DNA from: Nitrospirota bacterium
GTDB taxonomy: Bacteria; Nitrospirota; Thermodesulfovibrionia; Thermodesulfovibrionales; JdFR-88
Assembly (NCBI GenBank): GCA_021789215.1
Contig: JAJYJS010000007.1
Span: 6,367-70,366 of the forward strand
Direction of reading: 5' to 3'
Length of the DNA: 64,000 nucleotides
Below the pieces are notes generated by a model. It was given only the letters and a program-made list of their open reading frames with translations. It was not told the origin of the DNA and did no database searches. Positions 41,901 to 50,900 of this stretch are shown here, piece after piece. The translations under genes were made by a program, and so were the position numbers. Each line of letters begins with the position of its first letter. Position 1 is the stretch's first letter.

Positions 41901-44900
41901 TCGTCCCGCCGTCTGCGGTCACACCCGTCATTATCTTGATGGTGCCGCCGTTGCCGCCTGTGACGTTCGCGCCGTTCGCGCTGCCGCCGTTGGAATTGAC
42001 GGTCCCGGTTATGGCGATGTTCGCGCCCGCGCCGCCGGTGGTTATCGTGATGTCGCCGCCCCTGCCGCCGTTGCCTTCGGGGTTGTTGGCCCCGTTGGCC
42101 TCCAGCGTGCCCGCCATGGTTATCGCGCCGCTCGTCGTGCCCTTCACCGTGGATATCGTGATGTTTCCGGCATTATTGCCGGCCGTGGTGGAGCCGGTGT
42201 TTATGGTGCTGTAGGCATCCACATCCGCCGTGCCTGCCTCTATGTCCACGTTGCCGCCGTTAGTGGTGATGGTGCTGCCAGCCCCCAGGAAATAATCCAG
42301 GTACACCTTGCCGTTAAGCGCGGTGAGGTCCACGTCGCCGTCATTTGTATGGATGTTGGCGTCCTGCAGCGTGATGCCGGCGTTGTCAGAGGTAATCTGC
42401 ACGGCCGCGCCGGATGCGGTGCTGTCCACCGTGCCGGTAAGCGTTATCTGGTTTACCGCGTCAATGTTGGCCGCATTGCCGCCGCCGTCGTTGCCATTGA
42501 GGTTCACGTTCTCTATGGTGAGGGCCGAAGCGTCAACGAAGTCCACACTGCCGATCGGGCCGCCCCCGCCGGCACCGCCTTCCAGCACCGCCACCTGGTT
42601 GTCGCCCGTGAGATAGAACGTGCCGCCCGTGGCCGCGCCGCCGTAGCTTTCCAGGTCGAGCGTGTCGGTCTGGATAAAGCCGCTGCCGATCTCGGAGGCC
42701 GTGCCGTTCGTGGTGAGCGTGACCATGCCGGTCCCGCCGCCAAGGGCCGTTACGGAATTGGTTATCTGGATGTCCGAGGTGTCCGTGGTGATGCTCACCG
42801 AGCCGCCGCTGCCTTCGGCCCATATATTCCCCGCGGTTATATCGGATTTCGTCCCAGCCGTGCTCAGGACCACTGAGTCGCCGGGCCCGTAGCTGCCGCC
42901 GCTGCTCCTGCCGCCGTATGCTAACACGCTGTGCGCCGCTATGGGAGCGCTGGTCGCCCCGGTGGTGGTTATGCTCACCGCGCCGCTGCCGCCGGGGGTG
43001 GCCCCTCTGCCGGGTTCGTCCCGTATTTCTTTGGCCACTATGCCGGAGAAGCTCCCGTGGCTGCTTATGGTCACGATGCCAGCGTTGCCGCCTGTTGAAA
43101 GGCCTGACCCGCCGCCCGCGCCCACGCTTGTGGCGGCTATGCCCGCATGAGAGCCGCCGGTGGTTATGGACACGCTGCCGCCGTCTCCGCCGGTTATGCC
43201 GTCGCCCCACACCGCATATTCGCCGGCCCCTCCGCCCCACGCCCATACATTGTTGGCGCTTATATTGGAATAGTTGCCGCTTGTGCTGATGGTAATGCTG
43301 CCCGCGCTGCCGGCTATTCCGCCGACGCCTGTTGCACTCGCACCGTCCGCGGATACGGTACTGGCGTGTATCCACGCGCCGGTCGCGCCGTTTTCCGCGC
43401 CTTTTGCCGAGGTGACGCCCGTCTGGATGTAAATCGTGCCGCCCTTGCCGCCCGTGCCGCTTGTCCCGTTCGCATTGCCGCCCTCCGCGGTTATGCCGAT
43501 CGCGGTTATCGTGGCCTTGTTGCCGCTGGTGCTTATGTATACGCCGCCGCCGTTGGTGGAGCCGCCCGCGTTGCCGCCTTTGCCGCTCTGGCCTCTCATC
43601 TCGCCGCCGTCTACGGACACGTTGGAGACGTCAATGGCAGCGCCCGCGCCTGAAGCCGTGCCGCCAGTCGTGTATATCGTCACCTTTCCGCCGTCGCCGC
43701 CCTGGCCGGTGGCCTGGGGACCGCTTGAGCCCCCGCCGTTTGCGTGTATACCGCTTGCGGTTATCGCCGCGCCATTGCCGGTGGTGTAGATGCTGATGGA
43801 GCCGCCGTTTCCGCCCTGGGTATAGCCATAGCCGCCGTTTGCGTTTACGGTGTTCGCGGATATGACGGAGTTGAGGCCGGTCGTGTATATCTTAACCGTG
43901 CCGCCCTTGCCGCCCTGGCCGCTTGCGGCGCTGCTGCCTTCTGCGCGTATGTCAGTTGCGATTATGCCGGAGCTGATGCCAGAGGTGCTTATGGTCACAT
44001 TGCCGCCATCGCCGCCTATGCTGCCCGAGCCGCTCGCTCTGCCGCCATTGGCATTTATGGCGATGCTGCTGCCGGCTTTTATGCCTGCTCCATTGCCGCT
44101 GGTGGTGATGCTTACGCTGCCGCCCTTGCCACCTTGCAAGCCGCCGTTGCCGCCGTCGGCGTCTATGTTATTTGCGGTTATGGTTGCGCCATTGCCGCTG
44201 GTGCTGATGTTTATGCCGCCGCCATTGTCAGCGCTGCCGGCATCACCGCCGATGCCGCTGATTCCACCCGCGTTGCCGCCGTCTACAGATATGCCGTAGG
44301 CCCCTATGGTTGCCCCGTTGCCGCTGGTGCTGATGCTCACATGTCCGCCGATGCCGCCTTTGAAGCCTGAACTGCTCGCATAGCCGCCATCGGCGTAAAC
44401 TTCAACAGCGGCGATTGTGGAGTTGTCTCCGCTTGTGCTTATGGTAACGGTGCCGCCGTCGCCGCCGATGCCGCCCGAGCCGACCACGCTGCCGCCGTTG
44501 GCGGACACATAATATGCGCTTATGCCGGAGCCGGCGCCGCTGGTGCTGATGGTTACCGTGCCGCCGATGCCGCCCTGCCCGCCGTTCCAGTTTGCGCTGC
44601 CGCCGTTGGCGGATACATAATCGGCAATTATGTCGGACCCTGGGCCGCTGGTGCTGATGGTGACCGTGCCGCCGATGCCGTCGATTCCGTCTGTGCCGCT
44701 CGCCGCGCCGCCGTTGGCGGTTATGTCGTCCACGGTTATAGAGCCGCTGTTGCTTGTTGAATGCCATACGCCCTGGCTGTCCTGATACGCGCCGGTCTTT
44801 ATCGTGACTTTGCCGCCGTCGCCGCCGTAGCTGCCCATGCCGCTTGCCCCGCCGCCGCTGGCATTTATGGTATTGGCTTGTATGTGGCCGTCGGCCCCGC

Positions 44901-47900
44901 TGGTGCTGATGGTTACCGTGCCGCCGATGCCGCCATGCCCGCCACTCGAGTTTGCTCTGCCACCCTTCGCGGATACATTATCGGCAATTATGCCGGACCC
45001 TGGGCCGCTTGTGTTGATCGTCACCGTGCCGCCGGTGCCGCCCTGCCCGCTCGTACCGTTCGCCGTTCCGCCGTTGGCATTTATGTTGCCGGTAACGTAT
45101 ATGGGCGAACTGGGCGCATAATTCATCCCGCCGTCAGAGGTTACGCCGGTCTTTATCGTGACTTCGCCGCCGTTGCCGCCGTTAAGACCTTTGCCGCCGT
45201 TGGCGTTTATGCTGCCGCTAACGTCTATTTGCGCCCCCGCGCCGCCGGTGGTTATCGTGACGTCGCCGCCGTTTCCGCCATTGCTGCCGAGGTTGCTGGC
45301 GCCGTTGGCGTCCAGCGTGCCCGCCATGGTTATGGAGCCGCCGGGGTTGCCGTTCACCGTGGATATCGTTATATTGCCCGCGTTCGCACCAGGTGTGGAG
45401 GAGCCGGTTTCTATTCCGCTGGTTGCGTCTATATACACGGTGCTTGCCTCTATGTCCGCGTTGCCGCCGTTTGTGGTTATGCGGCCGCCAAGTGCCATAC
45501 CCTTCAGCAGGACCTCACCTTTAAGGGCCGTGAGGTCCGCGTCTCCGCCGTAGGTGCGGACGGAAGAGTCCTCCAGGGTAATGCCGCCGTTATCGGAGGT
45601 TAGCCATGCGTGATAGCCGCTGTTTGCGCTGACCAGGCTGCCGATCAGCGTTATGCCGCCAGCCGCGTGAAGCTCCACGTTGCCGCCCGTGTTGAAAGTG
45701 CCGATGCTGCTGCTATCGTCAAGGGAGATGGCGCCATTCTTCGAATCCACTGTTATATTGCCGCCGCCGTAGGTGCCGATAGAGCCGTTCTCGGGGAGCG
45801 CTTTCGTGTTGGTGAGGATGACGTCTCCGTTGTCCGTTGTGACGTTTATCGAGCCGCCGCCGGTCGTCTGTATGAAGCTCCCGTCCAGGGTGATATTGCC
45901 GTTCAGGGCCTCAAGGACCACATCGCCCGAGGCATTAAGGTTGTTAATTGGATCGATATTGAAGCCCGTGCCGTCCACGAAGTCCACGGTCCCGACAGCG
46001 CCCTCAAGCGTGGCGACGGCGTTGTCCGGATTGGTAAGCGTGAACTGGCCGCCCGCGCCTTTGAGGTCCAGGAGGTCGGTAACGATATACCCGTCAGGCA
46101 GGGTCTCGCTGGCCGCGCCGCTTGTGGTGATGGTCACGCTGCCGGATGCACCGTTTTTGCCGGGCGTAGAGCCCACGCCGTGCATGGCCGATATTGCGCC
46201 TTTGATGTTCACGGATGAGGAAGGGTCGCCGGTTGCCGTGGTTATTCTGATGGCGCCGCCGTTGCCGCCAATTATGCCCGAACCGCCGTTGGCGTCGATA
46301 ACGTTTACGGTTATGGAGGAACCCGTGCCTTTTGTGGTCAGGCCCACGTTGCCTGCGTTCCCGCCGCCAAGGCCCGAGCCGCCATCGGTATCTATTACGC
46401 CGCCGGTAAGGTCTATGTTCGCATCCGGGTTATTGGTCTTTATCGAGACATCGCCGCCGTTTCCGCCGATAAAGCCATTCTGCCCGTGGGCATCCAGCCC
46501 GCCCGCGATGCTCACCGTTCCGCCGGAGTTGATGGTGATATTGCCCGCGCTCGCGCCCGGAGTCGGCACCCAGTTGGAGGCGCCAGAGGTCTGCATCCTG
46601 GCAGTATCTATACCACTTCCGGCGTCTATGCTGACGCCTTTGCCGCCCGCGTTGAGATATATGTCCCCGGTTGGGCCGAACGCGACTATGTTATTGCCAG
46701 CGCCGGTAAGCGAAATGCCGCCATTTAGCGCGTTAAGGGTGACGTCCCCGCCGCCCAGCGTGCCCACGCCCGCCGCGCCGGAAAGGCCGATATTGCCGTT
46801 ATCAGAGGTGAGCGTGACGGCGCCGCCGCCAAGTGTGCCCACGGTCCTGTAAGTGCCCATTATCTGCGGACCCATGCCGCCGGTGAGGGTGATATCGCCG
46901 TCTGCCGCCGACCCTTCAGCATGAAGGTCTATGTAGCCGGTCCCTGCCGCCTCGATGCCGCTGTCTGTGACGGATATCCCCCCAGTCGCCGCCGTAACGG
47001 TTATGTTGCCCGCTCCGGTCGTCGCGATAAAACTTCCGCCGGTGAGGGTGATATCGCCGGTTACGGCCTCAAGGGTTATATCACCGGTAGCGATAAGCTC
47101 CGGAGAGACGCTGAAGCCGTTTCCGTCCACGAAGTCCACACTGCCGATGGGGATGTTATTGTTGCTGATGTCCAGGTTGGCCCCGCCCTCAATCGCGGCC
47201 ACCGTGTTGAGCGGGTTGGTAAGCGTGAACTGGCCGCCCGCGCCCTCCAAATCCAGAATATCCGTGGTGATAGTGCCGCTTGCGCCCTCGGTTGCCGTGC
47301 CGCTCGTGGTGAGGGTCACGCTGCCGCCCGCGCCGTTTGTGCTGTGCAAAGCCGCTATCGTACCATTTAAGGTTATGGCCGAGGCGGGGTCGCTTGTTGC
47401 CGTCTTCAGTGTGACCGTGCCGCCCGCGCCGCCTGTAACGCTGCCGTATTCGCCATCGGCGTTTATGGAACCGCCTGTTATCGTGGAGCCGGTTCCGGAT
47501 GTTTCTATGTCCACGCCGCCGCCGCTGCCGCCTGCGCCGGGAGCATAATGGCTGCCGATGCCGCCTTGCACGTTTATGCTCTCGAAGGTTATATCGGAGC
47601 TGGTCCCATGCGTAAAGATCCTCACCGTGCCACCCTTGCCGCCCGTGCCGCCGGTAGGAGCGCTGCCGCCTTTAGCGGATATGGCCCCGGCTGTCTGGGC
47701 TATATTTGCGCTCACGCCGGTAGTCTCTATGTCGATAGTTCCGCCGGTGCCGCCGTTCCAGCCCGCATGGCCGTTGGCGTTAAGCGTCCCGCTTATCGTT
47801 ATCGCGCCGGGTGTCGCACCAGCATCCGTGTATATCGATATGTTGCCGCCCTTTTGGCCCGCGGCCGTCCCGTAGGTGTTTATGCCGCCCACGGTCAGGT

Positions 47901-50900
47901 TGCCATTATTCGTGAAGGTCACGGAACCGATGGGGGTATTGGGGATGGTGGTCCCGCCCTCTATCGTGCCGACTTCGTTATTCACAAAACTGCCCAAAGT
48001 CCCCAGGTTGAACGTGCCGCCCGCGCCTTCCAGGTCCAGGAGGCCAGCCGTTATGACGCCCGCGCCCGTCTCGCTCACCGTGCCGGAGGATGTGAGTGTC
48101 ACGGTGCCCGTGCCGCCCGCATTCAGGCTGTTGCCGATGGTGATGCCCGCAGGGCCGACCAGACTTATCGTGCCGTCCGCACCTGTTGCAAGCCCTGATC
48201 CGCCGTAAGCATATATCCAACCGTTCGTGGTGATGCTGCCGCCGGAAGTTATCGATACCTTGTTAGCCGCACCGCCCGCTCCGTTTGTCCCGGTTGCCCA
48301 GCCGCCGGAGCCGCCAACTACGGAGATATCTCCGTCAACATTTATCTGCGAGGACGCGCCGGTTGTCTGCAAGGTAACTTGGCCGGCGTTTCCGCCCAGC
48401 CCGCCATTGCCGCCTGCGCCGCCCGCGCCGTAACCAGGTGCGCCACCGCCATTGCCGCCAGTGCCGCCAGTGCCGCCATTGCCGCCAGTAGCGTATAAAT
48501 TGCCTATGCTTATAATTGCGTTGTCGCCGGTTGCGGTTATGAGAACATTTGCGCCCGCGCCGCCCTGGCCGCCTTCACCGCCCTGGCCGCCGGCCCCACC
48601 CCAGGTAAAGCCCGGTCCGCCTGCGCCGCCTGCGCCGCCTGCGCCGCCGTCGGCCTCTACCTGCCCGACATATATCGTGGAGTTATGACCTCCGGAGGTT
48701 ATCTGAACGGTCACATCGCCGCCATTGCCGCCAACACCCCCGGCACCACCAGCTCCGCCCCCGTGCGTGCCAGAGAAAGCTAATCCAGTTCCGCCCATGC
48801 CGCCCGCGCCGCCCTGGCCGCCTTCACCGCCCCACGTGTTTATGAGGCCCGTGGATATGGACGCACCGCTGGTGGTTATATTCACCGTACCACCCGCGCC
48901 GCCCACGCCGCCGACACCACCGGCACCGCCTGCGCCGTCATAACTGAAGCCCGCGGTTATGGCGCCCGCGCCGCCCTGGCCGCCCGCGCCGCCAGTACCG
49001 CCTGCCGAGTCTATGGGGTCGGTAATGGTTATTGACGCGTTGGAGCCGGCCGTGCTTATAGTGACGTCGCCGCCTTTGCCGCCAACGCCGCCGGCACCAC
49101 CAGCTCCGCCCCCGCCGCCTGCCGACACGACGCCGCTCGCACCCGCGCCGCCCGTGTGGGCCGCGCCGCCGTTTGTTTGTATGACGCCGCCGGAGATGTT
49201 TATCGCAGCGTCCGGCCCCTGTGTGCTTATCATGATATTTCCGCCGTTGCCACCGTTGATGTATGAGGCGGACCCTGCCTGGCCGTTTGCGTACAGGTTG
49301 CCGCCTATGGTTATGGCGCCCGCGCCCGCCGCTGTGGAGGTGGTCTTCAGGGTTATGTCCCCGCCCGAGTCTCCGGGATTGATCCCGACTGTGGATATGT
49401 TGCCGCTTATCGTAAGGCCAGTGTTCGCCGTGAGGTCCACATAGCCGCCAGCGCCGCCATTCGTGCTGATGGTTTCCCCGAATAGCAGGGTGATACCGCC
49501 GTTTACCGAGGTGAGGTCCACGGGACCAACGGAAGCGATGCCATCCACCGCCAGATTGCCGCTGTCCGTGAAGCTCACGCTGCCGATTGGTCCACCAAGG
49601 CCGCCTTCAAGCGTGTTTACAGCGTTATTCGCGTTGGTGAGATTGAACGTGCCGCCTTCCAGATCAAGGATATTGGCCGTTATCGGGGCCATCTGGCTGA
49701 CATAGGAGCCTTCTATTTCCGCAATGACCCCCGGCGCAAGCCCGGAAAGGTCCAGCGCGCTGTCAATGTTTACCACACCGTTGGCGTTGCCGAGCACCAG
49801 AGCCAAGGTTGGATCAACCAGGGTCAAATTGGCAGCGGGCACGCATAGGTCGCCCGCGGCGCAGATTGTCCCCGCGGCCACCATGTCCATGCCGGTCCCC
49901 GGCGCCGCCGGACCTATGGTTACTACGCTGCCCAACACCCGGCCGCCGATGGTTATCGTGCCGTCCGCACCGCCTAAAAGGCTGATGTAATTATCGACGC
50001 CCGGAACAAGTCCCGTCCCGCCCAGAGCCGTGAGCCTGCCGGTGGTGTTTATGCTGGAGCCCGCGCCAGGGGCGCTCAAGGTTATGCTTCCGCCTGTGCC
50101 GCCTGCGAAACCGGAGCCGCCGGAGGCGTTTATCGAACCGACCGTTATCGAGGCGTCCTGGCCGCCCGTGGTTATGCCGACCGTCCCGCCTGTGCCGCCT
50201 GCGAAACCGGAGCCGCCGGAGGCGTTTATCGAGCCGACCGTTATCGAGGCGTTGTCGCCGCTTGTGCTGATGGTGACAGCGCCGCCCTTACCGCCGCCGC
50301 TGGTAAGGCTATTTGCCCCGTGGGCGTCCAGTGCGCCCTGTATGTTCACCTTGCCGTTGCCGCCGTTGATGATTATACCGCCCGCGTCCACGCCGGAACC
50401 GCCGGTGACGTAGGTGTTTATGTTGCTTACACTGTCCCCGGTTACGCCGGTTACCGCCGCGATATCGACCGCGCCGCCGTCCGTGCTGATGGTGCTGCCG
50501 GTAAGGCTGACGCTGCCTCCCGCCAATCCATAATTGGAGACATCCACATAGCCGCCGTTTGTGCTGATAATGCTGTGATTGAGCTGCACGTCGCCGCTGC
50601 CCCCGAAACCCGCATTCAGTCTTATATTGAGCGGCCCCGCCCCGGGCGTCGACTTTATGTTGCCGTTCAGGTAAATGGTGTTGTCCGCATTGAGCGTAAG
50701 GGCGACGGGAGTAAGGCCCGAGTCCGTGATGCTGTAGCCCGGCTCCAGAGTGATATCGCCGTTCTGAGCGCCAGTCCCGCTGGTTGTAATGGTCAGGTTC
50801 GTGCCAGCGCTGAGAGTCTGGCTGATCTGCGACGCGGTGATGGTGACAGTCCCGGTGTTGCTCGGATACCAGTTCTGGCTTATTGCGTTGCCAGTTGTTG

